A DNA stretch of 64,000 bases from positions 18,836 through 82,835 of the forward strand of contig DATKSS010000007.1 of the NCBI GenBank assembly GCA_035531515.1. The letters are read 5' to 3'. The DNA is from Candidatus Dormiibacterota bacterium (GTDB lineage Bacteria > Chloroflexota > Dormibacteria > Dormibacterales > Dormibacteraceae). Positions 44,080 to 53,214 of the stretch are shown here, piece after piece. Both the position numbers and the translations under genes were made by a program. Within the stretch, counting starts at the first letter, position 1. The number at the start of each line of letters is the position of its first letter. The notes under the pieces were generated by a model. That model worked only from the letters and a program-made list of their open reading frames with translations. It searched no databases and was not told where the DNA came from.

Positions 44080-45663
44080 GTGTACTGCGTGGTCGGCTCG
44101 GGTCCAGCCGGTATCGCATGTGCTCAGGCCCTGCTCAAGGCCGGAGCCAAGGTGACGCTCCTGGACGCGGGCGCCAGGCTCGAACCGGAACGCGAAGCGC
44201 GCCTCGCGTCGTTGAGAGCGCTGCCTCTCGAGCGGTGGACGCCGGAGTCGCTGGGCTTCCTGCGCGAGGGCGTCGCGGTCACCGCAGCCGGAATCCCTAT
44301 GAAGCGCGCCTATGGCTCGGATTTCCCTTTTCGCGAACCGGCCCCGCTACCTCTGGGGCACCATGGAGTCGAGGGCAAACCCTCGTATGCCCGAGGCGGC
44401 CTGAGCAACGTCTGGGGGGCAAGCGTCATGCCGTTTCGACGCCAGGACATGGACGGCTGGCCGATCGCGCTCGAAGACCTCGAGCCGCATTACCGCGCCG
44501 TGCTCGTCGAGATGCCGTTCTCGGCTCGCGCAGACCGGCTGGGCACTGACTTCCCCCTCTACCACGACCACCCTGCGACGCTGCGCGAGAGCAGCCAGGC
44601 CGCGGCGCTGCTGCGTGACCTTGAGGCCCGCCACGCCCGCCTCCTCGATCGCGGTGTCTCGTTCGGGGCGTCTCGCCTGGCCGTCCAGGGGAGCTCGAAT
44701 GGAAAAAAGGGGTGCATCTACTGCGCCCAGTGCATGTACGGATGTCCGTTCGGTTACATCTACAACTCGGCCGACATGATCGAGCGGCTTCGAGCCGAGG
44801 GTGGTTTCGAATATCGCCCTGGCGTGCTGGTGGAGGAGGTGGTCGAAGCCGGCGGCGGGGTCGTCGTGAAAGGCCGTGAGCTCGGGTCGGGCGCGCCCCT
44901 GGATGTCCGCGCCGACCGGGTGTTTCTCGCGTGCGGGGTCTTCTCCACCGCCCGCGTTTTGCTGGCCTCGCTCGACGCCTACGGGAGGAAGGTCCGCGCG
45001 CTCGACAACTGTTACTTCCTTTTTCCTCTGCTCCGGTATCGCCGACAGAAAGAGGCGGCTCGCGAATCGCTGCACACGCTGGCCCAGGTCTTCCTGGAGA
45101 TCGACGACGCCGCCATCGGCTCGCACACCACCCACCTGCAGGTGTACACGCATAACGAGCTCTTCCGAAAACAGGTCGGCAACATGCTCGGAGCCGTCGA
45201 CAGCGTCCTCGGGCCGGCCGTGGAGCGTTTGCTCCTGGCCCGCATGCTGCTGGTCCAGGGCTACCTGCATTCGGACCTGTCGCCCGGAATGACCTTGACT
45301 CTCGCCCGCGGCGTCGGCGGGCAGCCCGACGTGCTCGAGCTGGCCGGTACACCCAACAGCCAGGCCCGCCCCGCCATTTCCGCGGTGCTGCGCCGTTTGC
45401 GGGCGGAGCGCAGCTCCCTGCGCGCCTTCCCTCTCGGCCAGGCATTGCGGGTCGGGGCCCCCGGCCGTGGCTTCCACACGGGAGGCACGTTTCCGATGAG
45501 CGCGTCTCCCGGTCCTTTCGAGACGGACGCCATGGGGCGTCCGTCCGGCATGTCGCGAGTGCACGTCGTGGACGCCAGCGTCTTCCCATCCCTTCCCGCC
45601 ACCACCATCACGCTGAGCGTGATGGCCAATGCTCACCGAATCGGTGCGGAGGCCGCCGCTTGA
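44080..45663 (+). CDS. GMC-family FAD-dependent oxidoreductase
   Basis: 527 aa. N-terminal VVGSGPAGIACAQALLKAG, GGLSNVWG, and C-terminal FHTGGT...VHVVDASVFPS blocks typical of GMC sugar/alcohol oxidoreductases. Confidence 0.75.
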   Translation: MYCVVGSGPAGIACAQALLKAGAKVTLLDAGARLEPEREARLASLRALPLERWTPESLGFLREGVAVTAAGIPMKRAYGSDFPFREPAPLPLGHHGVEGKPSYARGGLSNVWGASVMPFRRQDMDGWPIALEDLEPHYRAVLVEMPFSARADRLGTDFPLYHDHPATLRESSQAAALLRDLEARHARLLDRGVSFGASRLAVQGSSNGKKGCIYCAQCMYGCPFGYIYNSADMIERLRAEGGFEYRPGVLVEEVVEAGGGVVVKGRELGSGAPLDVRADRVFLACGVFSTARVLLASLDAYGRKVRALDNCYFLFPLLRYRRQKEAARESLHTLAQVFLEIDDAAIGSHTTHLQVYTHNELFRKQVGNMLGAVDSVLGPAVERLLLARMLLVQGYLHSDLSPGMTLTLARGVGGQPDVLELAGTPNSQARPAISAVLRRLRAERSSLRAFPLGQALRVGAPGRGFHTGGTFPMSASPGPFETDAMGRPSGMSRVHVVDASVFPSLPATTITLSVMANAHRIGAEAAA

Positions 45664-46553
45664 CACCTTCGGAGCCGCGGGTCGCGATCACGGGCGCTTC
45701 GGGTTTTGTCGGCTCTTCGCTGACCGAGCGCTTCGAACGGTCGGGTTGGTCGGTGGTCCGCTTCACCAGGAGCGCCGGCGAGGCGTCGGAGCTCTCCGTG
45801 CCCTTTCACCTTGGCGATGAGGTCGGCGAGGGCGTCTTCCGGTCGCGGCATGTGGACGCGCTGGTCCACTGCGCCTACGACTTCCGGCCCGTCAGCTGGG
45901 TTGACATCCGCCGCGTGAACGTCGAGGGCTCGCGCCGGCTCATCGCAGCGGCCGCCGCGGCCGGAGTGCCACGGATGGTCGTGATCTCGACGATCAGTGC
46001 GTTTGCGGGGTGCCGTTCGCTATACGGGCGGGCCAAGCTCGAGATCGAGGCCGAGGCTGAGAGGTTCGGCGCCATGGTCGTGCGGCCCGGCCTCGTGTAC
46101 GGCGACCTCGACTCGACGGGTGGCGGCATGATCGGCAGCCTGCGGAGCAGCGCGCGGGGCCGGCTCGTGCCGCTGCTCGACGGGGGCGGCCACCTCCAGT
46201 ACCTGGTCCACGTCGACGACCTGTTCGAGCTCGTCCGGCGGCTGTGCTCCGGCGATCTCGGGCCGGTCAAAGCGCCCATGGTCGTCGCCTCCCCCCGAGG
46301 CGTCACCATGCGCGAGCTGGTGGCCGAGCTGGGCCGCCGCCAGGGCACGCGCCCCAGGTTCGTCAGCATCCCGTGGCAGGCTGTGTGGCTCGGCTTGAAA
46401 GGCGCCGAGGCGTTGGGGCTGAAGCCGTCTTATCGAAGTGACAGCGTGGTGAGCCTCGTCCACCAGGACCCTCACCCCGATTTCCCGTCCTTCGCCGACC
46501 TGGGCGTGAGGGTTCGCGACTTCGGCGACGCGATGAGCCGCACCGGCGAATGA
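45660..46553 (+). CDS. NAD-dependent epimerase/dehydratase (SDR)
   Basis: 297 aa. VAITGASGFVGSSL and YGRAK catalytic YxxxK. The TTG start overlaps the GMC stop (TTGA). Confidence 0.85.
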   Translation: MTPSEPRVAITGASGFVGSSLTERFERSGWSVVRFTRSAGEASELSVPFHLGDEVGEGVFRSRHVDALVHCAYDFRPVSWVDIRRVNVEGSRRLIAAAAAAGVPRMVVISTISAFAGCRSLYGRAKLEIEAEAERFGAMVVRPGLVYGDLDSTGGGMIGSLRSSARGRLVPLLDGGGHLQYLVHVDDLFELVRRLCSGDLGPVKAPMVVASPRGVTMRELVAELGRRQGTRPRFVSIPWQAVWLGLKGAEALGLKPSYRSDSVVSLVHQDPHPDFPSFADLGVRVRDFGDAMSRTGE

Positions 46554-48376
46554 ATCCACGGAGGTGCGCCGGTGCCGCGGTCGCATTCGCCGCATCGACG
46601 GTCGCCTTCGTGCCCGTCGCCTACGTCTCGATGTTCAGCGGTTTCCATCCATACGACGACGAAGGCTACTTTCTGATCCTGCTCAGGCAGTACCTGGCCG
46701 GGCGCGCTCTCTTCACGCAGATCTTCACCTTCTATGGCCCGTTCTTCTTCGAATCAATTGCCGGGGTGTTCAAGCTGCTCGAACTTGAGGCGGTCCACGA
46801 CAGCGGGCGAATTCTCAGCATCGCGATCTGGCTGACGGCGAGCCTGGTCGGGGGGTTGGCCGTCCGCTGGTTGACGGGGAACCTGTGGCTCGCCGTAGGC
46901 GCGCAGTTCGTGACCTTCCATGTGCTGGCGGCGCTCACGGACGAGCCCATGAACCCTTCCGGTCCGATCGCTCTTCTGCTGACGATCCTGGTGGCGGCGG
47001 CAGCCACGAGATCGACTCGGCCCCGGGCGGGAGCGCTTGCAATCGGGGGGGTCGTGGGCGCGCTGTGCCTGGTCAAGATCAACGTCGGCGTTTTTGCCGC
47101 CGTCGCCGTGGCCTCGGCCACCGCGGGCGGCCTGAGTCCTCGTTATCGACGGATTGCCCTGCCCGCCATGTTGGCGCTGTGCCTGCTGCTGCCACTGCTC
47201 CTGGTGTCCGGTTTGCTGAACCTCGGTTGGGTCATCGAGTACTCAGCCACAGTTGTTCTGGCTGGCGCGGCAGTCGGCGTCGCATACGTTGCTGCCGCGC
47301 CTGGCCCGCTGCCGCCTCACTCGGTGATGTGGTTGACAGGCGGCGGCATGTTGGTCGCCATCGCCTCCATCGGCATTGCCATGATCGGCGGGACCAACCT
47401 TTCCGACCTGGTCGACTCACTGGTGGTTACGGCAGCTCGGATGCCGCAGGTATTCGTGTACCCGCTGAAGATCGGCTCGATCGACGTCCTCGCAGCCGCA
47501 CTCTCCTTTGCCGCCGCCGTCGTGATCCTCAACTCCAGGACCACCATCCACGTGCCACCGCTGGTGGCGGGACTTTCGCGCACCGTGGTCGGCTTCGCCA
47601 TCCTGATGACGCTCCTGCGGCTGCCGACCACCATCTTTTTCGTCGTTCTGCCGCTCGCGTGGGTGGCGACTCAGTCGCCTTTTGAAGGAGCCGACGATCC
47701 GACCGGCCCGTACGCGCGACTTTTGCTTCCGGCCCTGGCGGTGCTGGAGAGCTTGCAGGCTTACCCTGTCGCGGGCACACAGGTGTCGTTGTCCGGGCTT
47801 TCGCTCGTACCGGTCGGAGCGATCATCCTTAATGACGGGATCAGCCAGCTGCGACGGGCAGGGCGCGAAGCGAGCCCGCCACGGAGGTTTCAGGGGGTCT
47901 GGGTCGCCCCGATGACGACGCTGCTCAGCATCGCCGCCTACGGGTTGTTCGGTTACTACGCCACGGCCGCTTACGCCGCGGAAGCGCCGCTGGGGCTTCC
48001 CGGGGCCGGCCTCATCCGGGTTCCCCCGCAGCAGGGAGTGGCCTTGCGCACGACAGTCGCTGCGATCTCACGCGAGTGCTCCGAGTTCATCACCTATCCG
48101 GGGATGGTGAGCTTTTACGTTTGGACCGGCCAGCAACAGCCCTCCCCTCGCCTTTACGGCCTGTGGATGTTCACGCTCGACGGCGCACAGCAGCAGGCGG
48201 TCGTGCAAGAGCTCGCCGGCAAGCAGCGCCTATGCGTCGTCAAGGACCAGGCCGTCATCGATTTCTGGTCGGAGGGGCGTTCCGTTCCCCAGCTCCCGCT
48301 GGTGAGCTTCATCGATGCCAACTTCGTGCCCGACGGCGGCTCGTATGGCGAATACCAGCTGCTCGTGCCGAGATAG
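46550..48376 (+). CDS. Large polytopic membrane protein, GT-C-like glycosyltransferase candidate
   Basis: 608 aa with more than 10 hydrophobic helices. An acidic first-loop motif, HPYDDEGYF, follows TM1 as in GT-C enzymes. A C-terminal soluble domain of about 150 aa is present. The ATG overlaps the epimerase stop (ATGA). Confidence 0.6.
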   Translation: MNPRRCAGAAVAFAASTVAFVPVAYVSMFSGFHPYDDEGYFLILLRQYLAGRALFTQIFTFYGPFFFESIAGVFKLLELEAVHDSGRILSIAIWLTASLVGGLAVRWLTGNLWLAVGAQFVTFHVLAALTDEPMNPSGPIALLLTILVAAAATRSTRPRAGALAIGGVVGALCLVKINVGVFAAVAVASATAGGLSPRYRRIALPAMLALCLLLPLLLVSGLLNLGWVIEYSATVVLAGAAVGVAYVAAAPGPLPPHSVMWLTGGGMLVAIASIGIAMIGGTNLSDLVDSLVVTAARMPQVFVYPLKIGSIDVLAAALSFAAAVVILNSRTTIHVPPLVAGLSRTVVGFAILMTLLRLPTTIFFVVLPLAWVATQSPFEGADDPTGPYARLLLPALAVLESLQAYPVAGTQVSLSGLSLVPVGAIILNDGISQLRRAGREASPPRRFQGVWVAPMTTLLSIAAYGLFGYYATAAYAAEAPLGLPGAGLIRVPPQQGVALRTTVAAISRECSEFITYPGMVSFYVWTGQQQPSPRLYGLWMFTLDGAQQQAVVQELAGKQRLCVVKDQAVIDFWSEGRSVPQLPLVSFIDANFVPDGGSYGEYQLLVPR

Positions 48377-48396
48377 CGTGGAGATGCGTCGCGCCG

Positions 48397-49695
48397 CTAG
48401 TAAACCGGTGAGTCGGCGGTCACCGCCTCCAGCCACTTGCGGCAGGAGGTCAGGAACCGAGCCGCCTGCAAGCCGTCGAGCACGCGGTGGTCGAACGAGA
48501 AGCAGAGATACATCATCGGCTTGATTCCGATCATCCCGTTGACCGCCACGGGGCGCTCGACGATCGCTTCCATGGTGAGGATGCCCGCCTGGCCCGGGTT
48601 GATGACCGAGTAGCTGAACAGCGTTCCGAACGTGCCGGAGTTGTTGACCGTGAAGGTTCCGCCAGACAGGTCGTCGGCTTTGAGCTGCTTGTTCCGGGCC
48701 CGCGTCGCGACGTCGTTGATAGCGCGGGCGATACCCGCGATCGAGAGGCCGTCGGCTCGCCGGATCACCGGGACCACCAGCGTGTCCTCGAGCCCCACCG
48801 ACACGCCGACGTTGATGTCGCGGTGCACGATGAGCTCCGTCTCGTTGAAGGTCGCGTTCACCTCAGGATGCTCGCGCAGCGCGGCCACCGTCGCAGCGAT
48901 CACGTAAGGCAGGTAGGTCAGCGAGAAGCCCTCTTGCTTCTGGAACGCGGCCTTGTTCGCGCTGCGGTTGGCGACCACGCCCGACATGTCAGCCTCCTGC
49001 GTCTGCCAGGCATGGGGGATCGTGCTCTTCGAGCGCGTCATGTTCTCGGCGATCAGGCGGCGAACACGGCTCAACTGCACGACCTGGTCGCCTTCGCCCG
49101 GCTTCGCGGCCGGCGATGGAGCCGGCCCCGGAGCGGGGGAGGCCTGCGGCCTAGCGGCGAACTCCTGCACGTCCTTCTTGGTGATCCGGCCGCCCATCCC
49201 GGTCCCGCTCACCCTGGACAGGTCGACCTTGAGCTCGGAGGCGACCATCTGCACGGCGGGTGAGTAGCGGTGCGCGTCGCCCCCTTGCTCGGCCTGAGGC
49301 TTCTGAGCAGGTGCGGGAGGAGGCGCAGGCTCCGGCCGCTCGGCCACCCGCTCGGCGGGGCGGGGCGGTGCAGCTTCCGGTTCCACCTTGGACGAGGGGA
49401 CCGCAGGCGCGGGCGCGGGGGCCTCCGGCGACGCGCCGACCACGTCTCCGGCGCCAACTTCGACCACGGCGATCTCGGCGCCGGCCTGCACGGTCTGTCC
49501 TTCCTGGGCCAGGATCTCGCGCAGTATGCCCGACACCGGCGCCGGGACCTCGGCGTTGACCTTGTCCGTGTCGACCTCGAGCATCGGCTCGAACTCGGTC
49601 ACCCTGTCGCCCGGCTTGACCAGCCACTTCGAGATGGTCCCCTCGTGCACGGACTCGCCCAGCTGAGGCATCACCACACGGGTCGTCTTGGCCAT
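48397..49695 (-). CDS. 2-oxoacid dehydrogenase E2, dihydrolipoamide acyltransferase
   Basis: Start at the internal Met (MAKTTRVVMPQLGESVHEGTISKW). Lipoyl domain with DKV, Pro/Ala linker, catalytic FDHRVLDG. The Arg-rich N-terminal extension of the track ORF overlaps the E1 gene. Confidence 0.9.
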   Translation of the reverse strand: MAKTTRVVMPQLGESVHEGTISKWLVKPGDRVTEFEPMLEVDTDKVNAEVPAPVSGILREILAQEGQTVQAGAEIAVVEVGAGDVVGASPEAPAPAPAVPSSKVEPEAAPPRPAERVAERPEPAPPPAPAQKPQAEQGGDAHRYSPAVQMVASELKVDLSRVSGTGMGGRITKKDVQEFAARPQASPAPGPAPSPAAKPGEGDQVVQLSRVRRLIAENMTRSKSTIPHAWQTQEADMSGVVANRSANKAAFQKQEGFSLTYLPYVIAATVAALREHPEVNATFNETELIVHRDINVGVSVGLEDTLVVPVIRRADGLSIAGIARAINDVATRARNKQLKADDLSGGTFTVNNSGTFGTLFSYSVINPGQAGILTMEAIVERPVAVNGMIGIKPMMYLCFSFDHRVLDGLQAARFLTSCRKWLEAVTADSPVY

Positions 49696-51758
49696 CAGTA
49701 CGCCGCCAGCTCGCGCAGGACCGTGGTGATCTTCTCCGGGGTCGGCATGAAGAACTCTTCCATCGGTACCGCGTAAGGCATCGACGGCACGTCGAGCCCT
49801 CCGAACCGCTTGACGGGCGCGTCGAGCCAGCGCCATGCCTCGTCGGCGATCAGCGCCGCCACCTCGGAGCCGATGGAAACGCTGAAGTTGTCCTCGTAGA
49901 GAACCAGGCACTTGCCGGTCTTGCGCGCCGACGCGATGATCGCGTCCTTGTCCAGCGGATAGACCGTGCGCAGGTCGACGATCTCGACGCTCACTCCGTC
50001 CTGCTCCAGCTGCCTGGCGGCCTCGAGCGCGTAATGGACCATCAGGCCGTAACAGAATACGGATATGTCGGTGCCCTCGCGCGCAGTGCGCGCGACCTGC
50101 AGAGGGATCAGGTACTCACCTTTCGGCACCGCCTCCTTGAACATTCGGTAAAGGCGCTTGTGCTCGAAGAAGAGCACCGGGTCTGGGTCGCGGATCGCCG
50201 CGAGCAGCAGGCCCTTCGCCTCGTAGGGGCTCGACGGGATCACGATCTTCAGACCTGGCGTCGCAAAGCGCGCCTCGATCGACTGCGAGTGGTACAGCGC
50301 GCCGTGCGCGTGACCGCCCATCGGCGCTCTCACCACCATCGGCACGCCCCAGTCGCCGTCGCTCCGGTAACGGAACTTGGCGATCTCGTTGGTGATCTGG
50401 TTGAACGCCATGTGCGCGAAGTCCGCGAACTGCATCTCGGCTACCGGGCGCTTGCCGGCGATCGCCAGACCCAGAGCAACCCCGGCGATGGACGACTCGG
50501 CGAGCGGCGTGTCGATGACCCGCGCTTCTCCGAAGCGGTTGCGCAGGCCGTCGGTGACGAGGAACACACCGCCCTTCTGGCCCACGTCCTCGCCCAGCAC
50601 CATCACGCGCTCGTCCCGCTCCATCTCCTCAGTGAGGGCGGAGCGGAGCGCGGCCACCATGTTCATGTCCTCGGTCTCTACTCCGGGAACGGGGTCGATC
50701 GCCTTGGGAACGTTGGTCGAATAGACGTTGGTCAGCGCGTTCTCGCCCGGCGGGTCGGGGGATTCCATCCCCTCGCGCGTCGCCTGGGTCACCTCGTCCT
50801 TGACGTGCTCTTCGAGCTCGGCCACCTCCGTGGCGGAGAGCACGCCTTCGTCGAGGAGCCGCTTCTTGAATTGTTCCAGGCAGTCGTTCTGCGCGAGACG
50901 GTCGATCTCCTCCTGCGTCCGGTACCGCCGCTGGTCGTCCTCGGACGAATGAGCGCCCAGGCGGTCGACCAGGGTTTCGATCAGGGTCGGGCCCTCGCCC
51001 GCGCGAGCCCGCGCCACGGCCTCCTTCGAGACGACGTAGCAGGTCACGGGGTCTCGTCCGTCGACGGTGACGCCGGGGAACCCATAGCCCGTGGCCCGCT
51101 GCGCGACGTACTCGACCGCGTACTCCTTGCGCATCGGCGTCGAGATGGCAAAGCCGTTGTTCTGGCAGACGAAGATCTCCGGCAGCTTGTAGATCGCGGC
51201 GAAGTTGAACGCCTCGTGCGTGTCGCCCTCGGACCCGGCGCCTTCTCCGTAGCACGTCATCACGACCTTGTCGGTGCCGTCCATCTTCAATGCGTACGCG
51301 ACGCCCGCGCCGTGCACCATCTGCGTCGCCACGGGTGAGCCGCCCGAGATGATGTTGAGCCGGGTGTCCGAGAAATGCCCCGGCGTCTGCTTGCCGCCGG
51401 ACGCTGGGTCCGCGGCCTTGGCCAGGACCGAGAGCATGAGGTCGAGCGGCGACATGCCCATGCGCATGTTCAGCACGACGTCCCGGTAGTACGGCGAGAT
51501 CCAGTCGTACTTCGGCTTCAGCGGCCAGCCGACGCCGACCTGAGCCGCCTCATGGCCGGCGCACGAGATGATGAAGGGCGCCCGGCCCTGCCGGTTCAGG
51601 ACCTGGAACCGGTAGTCGACCTGGCGGCCGAGCAGGATGAGGTGGAACCACTCCTTCAGCGTCTTCTCGTCCAGATCGGTGTCTCGCCACGCCACCGGCT
51701 CCTGGAAGCGCCATTCAGGGTTGAAAGTGGGTCCTTTGGTCTTGACGGTCTGGGCCAT
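49695..51758 (-). CDS. 2-oxoacid dehydrogenase E1, fused alpha-beta subunit (TPP-dependent)
   Basis: 687 aa. The alpha half has the TPP motif YGEGAGSEGDTHEAFNFA...NNGFAIST. The beta half has VMVLGEDVG...VIDTPLAES. Confidence 0.9.
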   Translation of the reverse strand: MAQTVKTKGPTFNPEWRFQEPVAWRDTDLDEKTLKEWFHLILLGRQVDYRFQVLNRQGRAPFIISCAGHEAAQVGVGWPLKPKYDWISPYYRDVVLNMRMGMSPLDLMLSVLAKAADPASGGKQTPGHFSDTRLNIISGGSPVATQMVHGAGVAYALKMDGTDKVVMTCYGEGAGSEGDTHEAFNFAAIYKLPEIFVCQNNGFAISTPMRKEYAVEYVAQRATGYGFPGVTVDGRDPVTCYVVSKEAVARARAGEGPTLIETLVDRLGAHSSEDDQRRYRTQEEIDRLAQNDCLEQFKKRLLDEGVLSATEVAELEEHVKDEVTQATREGMESPDPPGENALTNVYSTNVPKAIDPVPGVETEDMNMVAALRSALTEEMERDERVMVLGEDVGQKGGVFLVTDGLRNRFGEARVIDTPLAESSIAGVALGLAIAGKRPVAEMQFADFAHMAFNQITNEIAKFRYRSDGDWGVPMVVRAPMGGHAHGALYHSQSIEARFATPGLKIVIPSSPYEAKGLLLAAIRDPDPVLFFEHKRLYRMFKEAVPKGEYLIPLQVARTAREGTDISVFCYGLMVHYALEAARQLEQDGVSVEIVDLRTVYPLDKDAIIASARKTGKCLVLYEDNFSVSIGSEVAALIADEAWRWLDAPVKRFGGLDVPSMPYAVPMEEFFMPTPEKITTVLRELAAY

Positions 51759-51767
51759 CGCGCTCAG

Positions 51768-53144
51768 CTAGATGTGGATGGCGTGGCCGTCCACGGCCAG
51801 CGCCGCCTCCATGACCGCCTCGCTGAGCGTCGGGTGCGGGTGGATGTTGCGGCCGAGCTCCCAGGCGTCGCCCTGGAAAAGCTGCGTGAGCGCGGGCTCG
51901 GCGATCAGCTCGGTGGCCTGGGGACCGACGATGTGAGTCCCCAGCATCCTGCCGGTCTTGCCGTCCGCGACGATCTTGACGAAGCCACCCGTCTCGCCGT
52001 GGATGATGGCGCGCCCAAGGGCGGTGAACGGGAAGCGGCCGACCTTCACCTCGAGTCCTTTGTCCCGCGCCTGCTTCTCGGTCAAACCGACTGACGCGAT
52101 CTGCGGATGGGAGTAAGTGCACCGCGTGACCAGCTCCTGCTCCATGGGCGCGACCCGCTGGCCGGCGATGTCCTCGATGGCGGTCATGCCCTCGTGCGCT
52201 GCGACATGCGCGAGCAGGTAGCCGCCCACGACGTCGCCGATCGCGTGGATGCCTTCGGCCGACGTCCTCATCCACTCGTCGACTGTGACGAAGCCGTTGG
52301 GGTGGGTCTGGACGCCGACCTGCTCCAGCCCGACGTCCTTCGACCTTGGAGCGCGGCCCACGGCTACCAGGAGCTGTCGCGCCCACACCTCGCCCTGGTC
52401 CGTCTCGACGCTCACGCCGTCTCGCGCCTTCTTCGCGCTCTTGACCTTGACGCCGAGACGGCAGTCTATGCCGGCCTTCTTGAACTGGGACAGCATCTCC
52501 TTCGAGATCTCCTCGTCCTCGAGTGGCACGAGCCTGTCCAGCGCCTCGAGCAGGGTGACCTTGACGCCGAGCTGGCTGTAAAGGGTCGAGAACTCCACCC
52601 CGACCGCCCCGGCGCCGATGATGCAGATCGACTCCGGCACGTTGGTGGCCAGGGTCGCGTTGTCGGACGAGATGATGAACTGGCCGTCGAACTCGAGACC
52701 GGGAAGCGACTTGACCGTAGAGCCGGTCGCCACGATGAGGTTCTTCGCCTTGACCTGCTTACCGCCAACGTCGATCGTGTTGCGGTCGCGAATCTTGCCC
52801 CGTCCCTCGACGACCTCGATCTTGTTCTTCTTCATCAGGTACTGCACGCCCTTGTGCAGCTGGCTGACGATCGCGTCGCGCCGGGCGGCGATGCGGGCGT
52901 AGTCGTACTGCACCTTGTCGGCGTTGATCCCGAATTCGGGGCCTCGCGCGGCCACGCGATGGTACAGCTCCGACGATTCCAGCAGCGCTTTGGTCGGAAT
53001 GCAGCCCACGTGCAGGCAGGTGCCTCCCAGCTTGTCGGCCTCGACGAGCGCGACCTTCAGGCCGAGCTGGGACGCCCGGATGGCGGCTGGATAACCGCCC
53101 ATGCCACCCCCCAGGATCGCCACATCGAAATCAACAGCGGCCAT
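51768..53144 (-). CDS. lpdA: Dihydrolipoyl dehydrogenase (E3)
   Basis: 458 aa. ILGGGMGGY FAD fold, redox disulfide GGTCLHVGCIPTK, C-terminal HPHPTLSE. Confidence 0.9.
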   Translation of the reverse strand: MAAVDFDVAILGGGMGGYPAAIRASQLGLKVALVEADKLGGTCLHVGCIPTKALLESSELYHRVAARGPEFGINADKVQYDYARIAARRDAIVSQLHKGVQYLMKKNKIEVVEGRGKIRDRNTIDVGGKQVKAKNLIVATGSTVKSLPGLEFDGQFIISSDNATLATNVPESICIIGAGAVGVEFSTLYSQLGVKVTLLEALDRLVPLEDEEISKEMLSQFKKAGIDCRLGVKVKSAKKARDGVSVETDQGEVWARQLLVAVGRAPRSKDVGLEQVGVQTHPNGFVTVDEWMRTSAEGIHAIGDVVGGYLLAHVAAHEGMTAIEDIAGQRVAPMEQELVTRCTYSHPQIASVGLTEKQARDKGLEVKVGRFPFTALGRAIIHGETGGFVKIVADGKTGRMLGTHIVGPQATELIAEPALTQLFQGDAWELGRNIHPHPTLSEAVMEAALAVDGHAIHI

Positions 53145-53214
53145 CTCGTCTAAGTGTAGGTGGCGCCACTCCTACGCTTCAGGAACTCGATGGCGGGATG
53201 GTAGATTGCCCCGG

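Noticed and set aside
42837-45666. Long minus-strand ORFs 42837..44072, 44347..45666 and 44426..45589.
   Set aside because: They are antisense to the GT2 and GMC genes, which carry recognisable motifs and are chained by overlaps with their neighbours. The minus-strand translations are low-complexity and Arg-rich. The same reasoning applies to 23390..24574, 10377..11549, 18042..19034, 36223..37245, 37350..38264, 50034..51338 and 52107..53153.
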